The notes: generated by a model not told the origin, from the sequence alone. Shown: positions 38,901-52,719, counted from the first letter of the stretch. The stretch is 64,000 bases of DNA from Octopus vulgaris (GCA_951406725.2 OX597822.1:46438001-46502000), one strand, 5' to 3'. Made by a program: numbers and translations.

Positions 38901-40699
38901 GTAATTCATTGATGAGTAATTTGCTTTGAGGTTGTGTGGTGTGTGGTATGTTTATGTTTGTGTGGGTGGGTGTGTCAAACTTCTTTCATTAGACTGTGGC
39001 CATGCTGGGGAATCACCTTGCAGATTTTAGTCATATGAATCAACTCCAGTATCATCATCATCATCATCATCATCATTGTTTAATATCCATTTTCCATGCT
39101 GGCATGGCTTGGACGGTTTGACTGAGGACTGGCAAGCTGTGAGGCTGCACCAGGCTCCAATCTGATTCAGCAAGGTTCCTACAGCTGGATGCCCTTCCTA
39201 ATGCCAACCACTCCAAGAGTGTAGTGGATGCTTTCTATGTGCCACGGGCATGGAGACCAGTGACACTGGCATCGACCACACTTGAATAGTGCTTTTTACA
39301 TTCCACCAGCACGGGTGCCAGTCAGGTGGCACTGGAATCAACTATAACTATGATTTCATTTGGCTCAACAGGTCTTCTCAAGTACAGCATATTGCCTGAT
39401 GATTGAAGGGGCACTTTTAAATGGGCCAGTTATACAACACCGGCATCGGCCGTGGCTATGATCTAACTTGGCTTGCTAGGTCTTCTCAAGCACAATATAT
39501 CTCCAAAGGTCTCGGTCACTTGTCATTGCCTCTATTTTTTTACAGGCCTCACCAATGATCTGTTGGTCTCTTTTGCTGAACTGGTCTGTTACAAGGACAC
39601 CAACACCAGTTGTCAAAAAATGGTGAGAGACAAACACAGACACAAAGGCATGCACGCATACACGTATACATATATATGGCAGGCTTCTTCCAGTTTCCAT
39701 CTACTAAATCCACTGACAAGGCTTTAGTTGACCTGGGGTCATAGCAAAAGGCACTTGCCCAAAGTGCCACATGTGATTTTTAAAAAATATTTTGTGACTT
39801 TGTTGGAGATGGAAAGGAATTCCAATAATCTTTTGTAGGGCCTTCCAGAGATGTACTTAGGACTAAGTTACTGCTGTGTCCTTTCTATTTTTAAGAGAGT
39901 GGCAGTGGCAGTGGCGACGGCATGATGCAGTCTTTGGACTCATCAAATCCTCTCAAACCATGCCGGCATGGAGTAAAGTCATTAAATTATGATTGTGGTG
40001 GTGGTAGTGGTGGAAGGGGCATGCCAAAGCTGACATAGCGGCGTGGCACAGTTCTGTGGCTCATTGGATCCTATGAAACCGTCTAGCCCATTCCTGCATA
40101 GAAATGGCCATTAAATGATAATAATGATGCTGTTTAGAACCTCTCTTGTTGATTCTTACTGTTTATAACAATGTTCCTGTTGTTTAGTTCCAGGACCATC
40201 CTGACCCCATACAGTAGTAGCAGCAGCTGCAGGTGTGGCTGTGTGGTTAAGATATTCACTCCTTAACCACATGATTTGATCCCACTGTGCAACAGTTCTC
40301 AACACCTGTGGTTATGTGCTTGGTCACAACATAACTTTATATTGATTTGCTTCATTTTGAAATAGTATTGTTATAAACTATAAAGTGTCTACTGAATATT
40401 GTCCTACATTCATGGCCTGGTGAACTACACAGTCACTGTGCTGTTGTCATCATCATCATCTTCATTTTCATGTCTGATTTTTTTTTCCATGCCTGCATGG
40501 GTCGGATGTATTTCTTCTCCAACACAACATTCCTCCGCTTGTTTGTCATCTCCTTTGCAAGGCTCCACTTCCCTAAGATCAGCCAACACCACTTCACCAC
40601 CAGCACTGAGATTTCTCTGTACCACCAGGAAATCATGTCAGTGACTAGGTTGGCAGATGAGCAAAGAAGTATATTCAACACTTTATAACAGTGTATATA

Positions 40700-41265
40700 C
40701 GGGGGTGAGTCAAAAAGTAATGCCATTTTGTTTAGGACAGGTATAATTACCAACACAAGAACGTGTATCATACATCAAAATGAAGCTGGTCCTCTGTGGA
40801 TCACATCCCTACTTCTCAACATAATCACCATTTCTCTCAGTAGCAATGTTCCACCTTCGAATGAGAGCATGTATCCCTGCCCCGTAAAATTCAGTTGACT
40901 GTTCTTTGAGCCACTTCTTCACTACAGTTTTCACTTCCTCATCACTGAACTGTTATTGTCACTGGACCATCATCTCTTCAGCCCCATGAAAGAGGGTTTG
41001 AGAGGCAAACATTATTCCAGTGATGAGGAAGTGAAAATTATAGTGAAGAAGTGGCTCAAAGAACAGTCAACAGAATTTTACAGGGCAGGGATACATGCTC
41101 TCATTCGAAGATGGAACATTACTATTGTGAGAAACGGTGACTATATTGAGAAGTAAGGATGTGATCCACAGAGGACCAGCTTCATTTTGATGTATGATAC
41201 ATGTTCCTGTGTTGGCAATTATACCTGTCCTAAACAAAATGGCATTACTTTTTGACTCACCCTCA
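40700..41265. mobile_element. Mariner-derived fold-back MITE made of two 3' ends
   Basis: TA-flanked, with about 250-bp inverted arms. The right arm encodes DHHLFSPMKEGLRGKHYSSDEEVK...RWNITIVRNGDYIEK*, the mariner transposase C-terminus. Confidence 0.9.
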
Positions 41266-41939
41266 TATCATTATAAATGAGGGCAACAAAGACTAACTGT
41301 AAGTGTTTGTACATTTTTTTAAATGGCAGCTATAACTCCTATCAAAACGCAATCGTTTCTGTTTGCAAAGATACTATCTCAGATCAAAATACTTGTCAAA
41401 CAAGTGTACGTATTGATTACTGCACCTTTGCTTGGTATGAGTTAAATAAGTGATTTTTATTATCTTGACCTTGTTCACAATGACTATAGTGAGGTTGAAG
41501 ATATATTGCTCCTTGCCTTATGTGATTACTGCAGGATAATGTTGAACAGCAGGTGTTTTATGTTTCCATTGTAGATTATCTTCTATCTTTTACTTGTTTC
41601 ATTTGTTGGACAGTGGCCATGCTGGAGCACCACTTTGAAGAATTTTTTTAGTCAGATGAATTGACCCCAGTAACTATTTTTTTTTAAAGCCTGGTACTTA
41701 TTCTATCAGTCTGTTTTGCTGAACTGCTAAGTTACAAGGACATAAATACACCAACTCTGGTTGTCAAGTGGTGGTTGGAGACAGACACAAAGACACACAC
41801 TCAGATATATGTGTGTGTGTATGTATGTATATATGTATGTATGTGTGTGTGTGTGCATATATATATATATGTATATAAATATACATATATGTATGTGTGT
41901 GTATATATATATATATATATAAATATACATATATGTATC

Positions 41940-41973
<34 letters not shown>

Positions 41974-42863
41974 CAAAGTGTTTCAAAAAATTTTCATATC
42001 ATTTGGGATGTAAATATCACAGGAACTACATAATCAAAGCAAATGAAACTAAACAGGCTTAATGTTGAGCAATGTAAGATTTATTCCTCCAAATTTGAAT
42101 GAGAAATTCAAAGGTATGTGGATTCCATGAATGATTTCACAAATGTTCAATATGCGCACTGCCTGAGACAGTACACATCCAGTCGGTAGTCCAGCTCCTC
42201 CCAAACACACTGCAGTATGTCTTGGGTAACAGTCTCCAGTGCGGTAGTGATTCTCTGCTCGAGTTCCTCTAACTTTGCAGGAAGTGGGGTGACATAGACT
42301 AGGCCCTTCACATAGCCCCATGTTTGTGCTTTTGCTTGTCATCTGCCTGAACAATGGCCTGAACAAGCTGCAACTTGTAGGGTTTCATTAGCATGTGTTT
42401 CCTCAGGATGTGCCAAACTGTCATTGGAGAAATCTGGGTTCCCAGACTTGTTCTTCTTATGGACTTCTTGGAACTTCACAAGAGTTTTTGGTGAACCTGC
42501 TTGACCATCTCTTCCAATGTTAGTGGTCATCCAGATCCTTTTGCCCTGCACAGACAGCCTTCCTCTTTGAATTTTTTGTGCCGTGTCCAAATCTGCATTG
42601 CCGTTTGTGACTTTTTAGAGAATCCTCTCACAAATGCACTCTGCACAGTCTTGTTCGACTGTGTTCGAGCATACTCCAACACACAAAACGCCTTTTCTCT
42701 TCCAGTGAATGCCATTTCTATACCTGAAAAAATAAGCATATCAAACATTAAGCTTAAATTGTGACCTGTTTTTACACATGCTGTTAAAATTTGAAGTCAT
42801 TTGAACAAGAACTAGCAAAGTTATTAGATTGCAAAATGATATCAAATTTTTTGAAACACCCTG
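41974..42863 (-). mobile_element. Internally deleted Tc1/mariner element with DUF4817-type N-terminal HTH
   Basis: TIR CAGGGTGTTTCAAAAAATTTGATATCATTT, TA flanks. N-terminus MAFTGREKAFCVLEYARTQSNKTVQ...KFKEEGCLCRAKGSG; C-terminus ...LQCVWEELDYRLDV...HIEHL*. Catalytic region absent. Confidence 0.85.
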
Positions 42864-43221
42864 TATATGTATGTACATATATATATATATATATATATAT
42901 AAATATATCAACATCACCATCACCATTTAACGTATGCTTTCAATGCTGGCATGGGTTAGATGGTTTGACTGAGGACTAGCAAGCCAATAGGCTACACCAG
43001 GCTCCAATCTGATCTGATCTGGTATGGTTTCTACAGATGAATGCCCTTCCTAACGCCAACCACTATGAGAGTGTAGTAGATGCTTTTCACGTGCCACTGC
43101 CATGAGGGCCAGTCAGGCGGTACTAGCATCACTGGCAACGACCACACTCGAATGGTGCTTTTTACGTGCCACTAGCACAGGAGCCAGTGAGGCAGCACTG
43201 GCAACAGCCATGCTATATACA

Positions 43222-43909
43222 TATAAAAAATGTTAAGGAAAATTTCAGATAGGTTCAACAATTTATTTATACATATATTCTGCCATAGATCAATGCATAT
43301 CAGTCCTTAAAATATACCAATGTGTCAGTCGTCAAAATATTAAAACATATTAGAAATTCATGAATACACAAATACATAAAAATCTAACATACATATATAA
43401 ATAGATGGGTGTCAATAGGTTAGAATGGTATCGTAAAAATCATTAAGAATAAAAGTATGCTCTTACGAAAAGGTGAATAAAGTAGTCTTTTGAAGACTGA
43501 ACAAAAAAAAAACGTAGTGTTGAGGTTGGAATATTTCAAAAACATGTGTAAATAATCCAAGAGAATAAGTACCTTATTTTACCTTAACAACATTACTTAT
43601 TCTCTCAGATTATTTACATATGTTTTTTGAAAAATTCCAACCTCAACACTTCAATGTTGTTGTTTTTTGTTTGCTCTTCAGAAGACTTTGCTTTATTCAC
43701 CTTTTTGTAACTCATTCACACTCATCTATTTATATATGTGTATTAGATTTTTATGTGTTTGTGTATTCATGAATTTTTAATATGTTTTAATATTTTAATG
43801 ACTGATACATTGATGTATTTTAAAGACTGATATGCATTGATCTATGGCAGAATATATGTATAAATAAACGGTTGAACCTGTCTGAAATTCTCCTTAACAT
43901 TTTTTTATA
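43222..43909. repeat. Largest fold-back repeat, arms about 320-350 bp, 22-nt loop
   Basis: TATAAAAAATGTTAAGGA...GAGAATAAGTA (43222-43571) versus TACTTATTCTC...TCCTTAACATTTTTTTATA (43594-43909), with an indel of about 45 bp. Confidence 0.9.
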
Positions 43910-44149
43910 CCTTGGCATCCCACATCTTTTATCTGAGAACTTCTGAGTAGTGCCTATACAGTAAACAAAGAAACTTTACTATATATATATATATATATAT
44001 AGACCAGAGTAAGCACATAAATGCAACACAAGGTGGAAAAAATAGTACTCAAATACCAGAGATAGAGTGATATGCTTCATTAAAAAGCAGCAAAAATATT
44101 TTTGCTGCTTTTTGATAAATTATATATATATATATATATTATTATTATG

Positions 44150-44460
44150 GCTGCCCCCTCGTTATCAAGTATGGCCATTGCACGAAGCTTAACTGTTACT
44201 GGTGCTGTGATCGAATGTGACTTTTTAGCCCAGCTCAAGATCTACAATGTCTTGTGCAGAATTGGCAACTAATACCTTCACCGGTAATAGCCGGCTGTAG
44301 TTGTAACTGGGCTTCATGTACCTTTGCATGTCGTTTAAGTCCTCTTGCTGAATTACACTCTCTTCCACATGCCCGACAGATATGATTAGTATGGTGTGTT
44401 ACACCACCACCAGTGGCCAGGTTGTCACTCATCTGTCTCGCTTTATGACTACGAAGATGA
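44150..44460 (-). mobile_element. RTE-type LINE 3' end with tandem C2H2 motifs
   Basis: SHLRSH...HICRACGRECNSARGLKRHAKVH...CQFCTRHCRS*AGLKSHIRSQH, a short 3' UTR and a (TAA)n/(TA)n tail. Confidence 0.6.
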
Positions 44461-45939
44461 CTCTCTATATATATACACACATGATGGCCTTCTTTCAGTT
44501 TCCATACACCAAATCCACTCACAAAGCTTTAGTTGCCCCAAGGCTATAGTAGAAGGTGTCATGCAATGGGACTGAACCCACTCATAACCTTTTATCAATG
44601 ACAAAAAAAAGGTATTTTTGTGGCCATTGCCAGTACCGCCTGACTGGCCCTCATGCCGGTGGCACGTAAAAGCACCCACTACACTCTTGGAGTGGGTGGC
44701 ATTAGGAAGGGCATCCAGCTGTAGAAACTCTGCCAGATCAAGATTGGAGCCTGGTGCAGCCATCTGGTTCGCCAGTCCTCAGTCAAATCGTCCAACCCAT
44801 GCTAGAAATAACAGACAATTATCCCTCAATTAAATATCGTAATGTTTTAGTAAAGATAAAACACACTTCATTATATAATCCTTGGTGCTCTGTGCTTGGG
44901 AGAAAGACCAGATGCTCATAACTGGAATGTCTTTGATTAGGACTGATCTGTAGCTAAACACCCCTCATCATCATTGTTTTAATGTCCACTTTCCGTAGCT
45001 TGTACAGATTGGATGGAATCTATTGAGGTAGATGCCCTTTCTGTCGCCAACCCTCACCTTTTTTCAAGCAAGGTAATGTTTTTGCAGAATCATATCATAC
45101 AAACAATGTCGTTCACACTGTTTGTATGACTGAGACAATCATTTACGACTATCACATGATGTCAGGGTAATGAGACTTAAACACTTAGTGGTTTAGCAAA
45201 AGAGACTGATAGAATAATAGGAAGTTTTAAAATAAAGTACTGGAGTTGATTCGTTCAACTAAAATTCTTCAAAGTGGTGCCCCAGCATGGCCGCAGTCTA
45301 ATGACTGAACCAAGTAAACAATAAAAGACACACACACTCACTCACACAAATATATATACATATGCAACAGGCTTCTTTTAGTTTCCATCTACCAGATCCA
45401 CTCACTACTCTTTGGTTGACCCAGAGCTGTGATAAAAGACACTTGCTAAAGGTGTCACACAGTGGAGTTGAACCTAAAACCAAGTGGTTGAGAAACAAGC
45501 TTCTCAACCACACAGCCATGCCTTCCCTTACAATGCTAAACAATGACAACATATGTAAGTACCATAAAGCATAATGAAATAAGCAGTGTGGTTTCAAGCC
45601 AATCTGAAACCTTTGTTGTTGCTTATTGCCCTTGGTCTAGTAGATATTTGATCAAAGTTGTTCCAACCTTGACCATCCAGTGTTTTGTTTCATTTTTTTA
45701 TTTTCCTCAGACGATGTGATAGTAAATCTTGGATGACATTATACACAATGTCTATTTTCAAGATGGTAGGGTGTGTGATATGAGAACAATTTGGCTGCTA
45801 TTTCTAGCAACTTGCAACCACTTAGATATTCCCTGGTTAGCTCAAGATTTAGCCAATGGTTTATACTAGTGCTCTGATCTTGTATTACTTATCTGACTTG
45901 CTCTTAATGTCATTTCTTACACCAGATCCAATGCATTCT

Positions 45940-46120
45940 ATCATCATCATCATCATCATCATCGTTTAACGTCCGCTTTCCATGCTAGCATGGGTTGGAC
46001 GGTTCAACTGGGGTCTGGGAAGCCCGAAGGCTGCACCAGGCCAGTCAGATGTGGCAGTGTTTCTACAGCTGGATGCCCTAGAAACACTGCCACATCTGAC
46101 TGGCCTGGTGCAGCCTTCGG
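45940..46120 (-). mobile_element. Truncated RTE-tail repeat with a 42-bp inverted duplication at its truncation point
   Basis: (CAT)n tail. Arms 46024-46065 and 46079-46120 are perfect reverse complements. Confidence 0.85.
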
Positions 46121-46439
46121 TATGTATGAAATCATTTGTGGCATACCCAATAGTTTCCTCAACTTTCTGTTATGCCGGGACTGCCCAGTTTTTCATATTT
46201 ATTTCGTATTTCTAACAACTTAATAGGTTTTAGTAATACTTATCAAATGAATGCTGTTTATGACAGCAGCATCAGCTGAGAGGAATTTCTCCATCACCTG
46301 AACACCTGAAAAATAACCATTTTAATTTTTATTGGTTTGGTCTGGAAGAAGAATTATGTCATAGACATTGCAGCTCTTCTGAGAGTGCTTAGCCTTTTAG
46401 CATTTAAACTGGCCATATCTAGCTTAAATATTGTTTTCT

Positions 46440-46636
46440 ACTCTAGACACAAGGCCCAAAATTTTTTGGGTTGGGGCAGTCAATTAGATCTACCCCAGTA
46501 TGCAACTGGTACTTAATTTATTGGCCCCAAAAGGATGAAAGGCAAAGTCGACCTCAGCAGAATTTGAACTCAGAACATAAAGACAGATGAAATACCGCTC
46601 AACATTTTACCCAGCGTGCTAACGATTCTGCCAGCT
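46440..46636 (-). mobile_element. tRNA-derived SINE, family B
   Basis: Reverse complement of GAGCTGGCAGAATCGTTAGCAC...GAGTTCAAATT...GTCGACTTTGCCTTTCATCC...AAGTACCAG. Confidence 0.8.
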
Positions 46637-49199
46637 CTAGATTAAATATTCTAACTGTTTTATGTTTAAAATGGTCAGATCCAGTCCCTCACACCTTAGT
46701 CAACAAAGTCATTTAAAAAATAAACAGTCATATTATCAAAATCTTGAAGCTATAAGATTTTGCTTGATTAATTCAAAACAATATGAATAAATAAGCGTTA
46801 TATTTGACAGAGTAAGCTGAATGCTAAAAGGTTAAACTAATTTGGTCAGTGTCCCTCTTGAACAATTGCAAGTTGATGGTGGTAGGCAAAGCATGGATGG
46901 GGGAAAAGAGTTCCAGAGGGATGGTGTTCTAAGGAGGAAGAATTGTGTATGTGTGTGTATGTGGGGTTTGTTGTGAAGTGGAGGTAAAAATATGGATGAT
47001 AAAGGAAGCGGGTAGATGTGCAAATCAAGAGTACCCGAGTGAAGGTTATATGAACCTGCTCCAAGGAGCAGAGGCCATAAGTTGGAATGTGTTGGCAAGT
47101 AATTTCATTACCAATCAATCAAATGGACCTGTTTTGAATCTAGCATCAGATGCTTGTATGTGTGGCAGCAGCAGTAGCACTGTCTCAGATGTGGAAGAAG
47201 AGGGTCTTATTTGAACTTTGTAGAGAATCTGTAGTTAGTTGGGGCTGAAATATTTTCTGGCTTTGAAGTGTTTGTTGTACACTTTTTGCTATGTTGAAGA
47301 TATGAGTTCATGAGGAGGGATCCTTAGTGGTGACAGGGAGGCCTGGTATTTGTAGCAACATTTGGTGGCTCTAGTTGTGTGTTATTCTTAACAGTGGCAT
47401 ATGATAATTTGTGTCAAGGTCTGCTGTGATTGGACCTAGTATAATTAGTGGGGCATAAAAACTTTCGCTGTTGCACGAGGGACCTGCTACAAGCATATCA
47501 ATAAATCATTCCATTTTGTTAAAATAAAGTAATAAAAAACTGCATTAAAAATCTAATGTACTACTGTAGTGCTAGCACGGAAAACGGATGCTAAACGATG
47601 ATGATGATGATCAATTTTAAACTCTTGTCATATAAAATGCTAATAGCAATTACTGTAAACAACATCTGATGTTGTTTTGTCAACAACCCAAGAATTTGAC
47701 CTGACTAAATCATTATTTCTCTGTGTATATTACTCTAGTAAAAAACAAATTATAAACAGATTCTATCATGAAATTACAAACTTTGTATCCATAACATCTG
47801 GCCACAAATATTCACACAGGATATGTACTTGTAGAATACCACTTGCCATCTTTGGTAAGGGTGCAGTGCTCATCTAGCATATCCAAAATTTTAATTCCTG
47901 CAGAAGCATCATCTCCTTGCAACCCTGACATTTCATATACTTCCATGGAATTTGATCACTGAAACATATTCGCAAGGCATGGAACACACTAGTTCTAATC
48001 TCATTTAAAAGCACTGAGACACAATCTCTACATACATCAAGAGTGTCGTATACATTATACACCTCTTTATGTGTGAAAAACATACAACGAAACTACCACA
48101 AGGTCCAATCCTTGTTGTGATGTGGTGACTTGTATGCCTCAATGTGCCTGAGAGCTATGCTAGCAAAGTGCAAGCTCCTAGTGGGGCCATCGATGGACCA
48201 TCTCTTCATGGAGGTAAAAATGGGTTTGTGTAGGCTCAACACCCTTATCTAGAAAAAAGCAAAGTTACAGAAGCATTGATCCCAATTCCAAATCAACAAG
48301 ACCTGGGAGAGTCCTAAGTCAAAAACAGTGGAGAAATATCATCTTGTTCCATTGCTGATTCTCTACAAAAGTTCTAGTAAAACTTTTATCAAGAGGACTG
48401 TTCACACATCACAGATAGTGCTGCTACTTCACACATGTCTTGTAGAATATCCAACAAAAGACCATTCAGCTGATAGACAAAGATCCTGTCATCAGCATAA
48501 CTTCAACTACAAGTCAATAGATGTGCTGGCTCTTCTCTCTGTCTCTTCTATTTGCACTAACTACAACAGCCTCTGCTTTTCTGAATTGACACTCTGCGTA
48601 TTACATCCAATGTGGCCCCTTCTTTTAGCGTCCTACTGTCACACTAGACTCCCTACTAACACTTTGTTCAATCATTCTCCCTCAGAACTGCCATTTTTTG
48701 AAAATACTTTCTATATATTTTCCTCTCACAGTTGCCATGGTGACAAATTAGCAGCATCTTTAAAACATGGGATAAAATACCTTGTGATATATTTGTTCCA
48801 GCTTTTTGTATTCTATGTTCAAGTCCTTCTATTGATTTTAAACTTTGTCTGCATAATATCACCATCTTGCCCCCACTTTTGACAAGGTCCACTTGTTGCA
48901 AGCCTGTTCCTTTCCTTCTCAGTGATAAAAAAAATAATAAACAACTAGGTGCGAACATGGCTGTGTGATAAAGAAGCTTGATTTGCAGCCATGTGGTCCC
49001 AAGGTCAGTCCCACTGCATGGCATCTTGGGCAAGTGTCTTCTGCATTGGCCTCTGGTCAACTGATGCCTTGCATGTGTGTATGTGGGTGTGTGTGTATGT
49101 ATGTGAATGTTTATGTGGGTATGTGTATGTTTGTGTGTGTGTGTGTCCTCCCCACTGCTTTGACACATGGTGTTGATCTGTATTAATACTATTCTTGGA

Positions 49200-49415
49200 A
49201 GGCAGCGAACTGGCAGAATCATTATCACACTGGACGAAATGCTTAGCGGTATTTCGCCCATCGCTACATTCTGAGTTCAAATTCCACCAAGGTCAACTTT
49301 GCCTTTCATCCTTTCAGAGTCAATAAATTAAGTACCAGCTGCATACTGGCGTCGATCTAATCAACTAGCCCCCCTCCCCCAAATTTCAGGCCTTGTGCCA
49401 AAAGTAGAAAGGATC
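49200..49415 (+). mobile_element. tRNA-derived SINE, family B
   Basis: GGCAGCGAACTGGCAGAATC head, B-box-like GAGTTCAAATTCC, and central GCCTTTCATCCTTTC...AAGTACCAG block resembling a conserved metazoan SINE domain. Confidence 0.8.
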
Positions 49416-50108
49416 AATACTATTCTTGACTGTTGACAAACCAATATGCCACTGTGGAATATGATGATTCGTGCCACATGGTCTGCTATGATTGGTTCTA
49501 CTATAATCGGTGGGGCACATAAACTTTTCCCATTACATGATGTACCCACTACAAGCATATCAATAAATTATTCCACTATGTTAAATTTATTATCATCATC
49601 ATTTAAATGATGCTCATTAGTGGTTGAGTTTGGTAAAAGACACTTGTAGATTAAGTACCAGACTCAAAAGGTAAGTGCTGGCATTGATCTCTTCAATTAA
49701 AAGCCTTGAAGATGGTGTCCCAGCATGGCCACCGTTCAATGACTGAAACAAGTAAAAGGGGAAAGGTAAATAACTTTATGTTTTAAAATGACAGGCATGT
49801 TACTAAAACCAACAAAATCCATTTTTCAATCTGTATTGTCATAATGCTTCTGATTCTCTCTCTATATGTGTTTGTGGTGGGGGTAAAAAAATTTTTTTTA
49901 TTCCACAAGAGTAAAAATATAGAAAAAGAAGTTGAAAATGCACTGGGGTGTTTTTTTTCTAGATGGTTTATTTTTAAAGGCTTAACCAGTTTCACTGTTT
50001 TCTGATTTTCAAAGGTTGAGAAAGAAAGATGTGGGGCTTTGCTGCAAATGTCTTGTTATACCTTTGAAAGTGAAACCTCTGAAAGACTCCCAGTTCATTT
50101 TCAATTTC

Positions 50109-50148
<40 letters not shown>

Positions 50149-50149
50149 C

Positions 50150-50790
50150 ATTTAGTGTCCATTTTCCATGCTGGCATGGGTTAGACAGTTTGAGTGGGGC
50201 TGATAAGCCGGAGAGCTGTATCAGGCTTCAGTCTGATTTGACTTGGTTTCTACAGCTGGATGTCCTTCCTAATGCCAACCACTCCAAGAGTGTAGTGGGT
50301 GCCTTCTACATGTCACCAGCATGGGTGCCTTCTACATGTCACCAGCATGGGTGCCTTTATGTGTCACTGGAACTGGCCATGACTATGATGTCACTTGGCT
50401 TAACATGTCTTCTCAAGCACAACAAATCATCGAAGGTCTCAATCACTTCATGAGACTCAGCATCTAAAATCATGCTTCACCACCTCATTCTATGTCTTCC
50501 TGGGCCCACCTCTTGCACAGGTTCCCTCAACAGTTAGAGATTGGCACTTCTTTACACAGCTGTCCTCATCCTTACACACCACATGACCACACCAGCACAG
50601 CCTTCTCTCTTGCACACCTCATCTGATGCCTCTTATATCCAATTTTTCTAAGACGCTTACACTCTGTCATACGTGCAGACTGACATAGCACATCCAGCGA
50701 AGCATATTAGCTTCATTTCTTTCAAGCCTTCGCATATTCTCTGCAGTCACAGCCCATGTTTCACTGCCGTATAGCATGGCTGTCCACACA
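50150..50790 (-). mobile_element. RTE-clade LINE 3' fragment with tail
   Basis: TAMLYGSETWAVTAENMRRLERNEANMLRWMC...ERRLCWCGHVV..., then 3' UTR and tail. Confidence 0.85.
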
Positions 50791-51434
50791 CACACACATA
50801 TCATAGAGATAATCTGACAAAGGTTAGCAGGTTGAAACTTCAAAGTTACAGTCACCCCTCTTCTTGTAAAAGTATAATAAACAAGTACTCTACTAAAACA
50901 TTTTCAGTAATTCTTCTGTTTAATGTTATATTGTTTTTTTATATATTATTTGACACAGAAACAAATAATATCTATCTACTTATCTATTAGTTTCCTTCTC
51001 TCTCTCTCAGTCTATCTATCTAACTCGCTAGCTTGTTATCTGTCTCTGTCTCTCTCCCTCTCTCTTTATCTATGTGTGTGTCTCTCTCTCTGTCTCTCTC
51101 TTTCTCAGTCTCTATCTATCTAGCTTGTTATCTCTCTCTCTCACTCTCTCTCTCTCTCTCTAGCTAGCTAGCTACCTTTCTTTGTTTATCCATCCATCTT
51201 TCTTTCTATTAGCTTCTCTGTCTTTCTCTCCCACACACTCTCTCTATCTGTCTAGCTATCTAGCTTGTTATCTCTATCTATCTATCTGTCCGTCTGTCTG
51301 GCTGGCTGGCTGGCCATCTTTCTCTATTTATCCACCCATCTCTCTCTCTCTATTTATCTGTCCATCCATATCTCTCTCTCTCTTTGTTTTTTTTTTGTCT
51401 TAACAGTTTCTTTATTGCTTTTTTTTTTTTTCAG

Positions 51435-51492
51435 GAATTTGCATTCCGCTTTGTCTTCAACAACAAGCTTGTCTATAATCAAACTATCACAG
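51435..51492 (+). CDS. Exon 3 of DUF4773-like protein
   Basis: Poly-T tract plus CAG| acceptor, phase 0. Reads EFAFRFVFNNKLVYNQTIT. Donor AG|GTAAGC is phase 1 and bridges exons 2 and 4 in frame. Confidence 0.85.
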
Positions 51493-52719
51493 GTAAGCAA
51501 CGACAGTAGCTCAACCATATTTGTTTTGTTGGCTGCTGTTGTTATTATTATTTTTCTTTTTGTTCATTGCATAACATGGAGTCTGTAAAATAAACACACA
51601 CACACATACAAACACATACATCAAAAGGGTTAGAGTGTGTTCTAGTTGTATATCAATACATTAGAAGATAATCAAAACTGCTTAGTAATAGTGGTGGTGG
51701 TGGTGGTGGTGGTCATGGCCATGGTCGTGGTGGTGGTAGCAACAGCTACAGCGGTAGTGTCGGCGTCGGCAGTCCAGTGATGAATCAAACATGGACATTA
51801 TTGAGTTTGCTGAGGTTATTCACAGGAAACAGTTTCTCTATTCAATCTCTAAATAGATTGTCAAGGATATGAGACAGAGCTGACATCATCATCGTCGTCA
51901 TCAGAGAAACGGGATTAATCATTAATCCTTAATCTCTTGTTTCAGTCATTGGACTGCAGCCTTGCTGGGAGTGTCACCTTGAACAATTTAGTCAAACAAA
52001 TTGACTCCAGTTGTTGTTTTGCTATTCAAGTCTGGTACTTATTCCATCAGTCTCCTTTGTTGAACTGCTAAGTTATAGAGATGTTAAGAAATTTACACCA
52101 GCTATCAAGCAGCAGTGGGGTGGTGGGGGACAAACACATACACATTTATATACATACACATATACACACATACATACACATACATACACACATACACATA
52201 TATAGACACATACATACATACACACACATATATACAACCATAAAATGGTCTGTCACACAGTCCCTGTTTGCCAAGTTCACTCACAAGGCATTGGTTGGCC
52301 CAGGGCTATAGTAGAAGACACTTGCTTGAGGTGCTGTGCAGTGGGATGCAACTCAGATCAACATGGTTTCAAAGTGAACCTCTTAACAGTGAGCATAATG
52401 CAATCTTATGGTTCACCATACTCTGTCGAACCATCCAACACATACCAGCATGGAAAACGGATGGAAGACAATGTTTGCACTAGAGGTTTAGGTTTCGGTC
52501 AGCAGTGGCGAAAATAAAGTGTACAATGTGCAATCATCATTATCATCATCATTGTTGTCGTCATCATCATTTAACATTTGTTTTCCATGCTAGCATGCTT
52601 TGATAGAATCTGGTGGACCACAGGACTGCATCATGCTTATTGTTAGTGATAAAAAGTGGTGGGGGATCAAGCAGCTACATAAAGTTAGTATATTGCACTG
52701 TTACCCACACATCTACAAA

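Noticed and set aside
44235-44522. Host C2H2 zinc-finger gene
   Set aside because: No TGEKP linkers, an in-frame stop, and a LINE-like tail; better explained as an RTE C-terminus.
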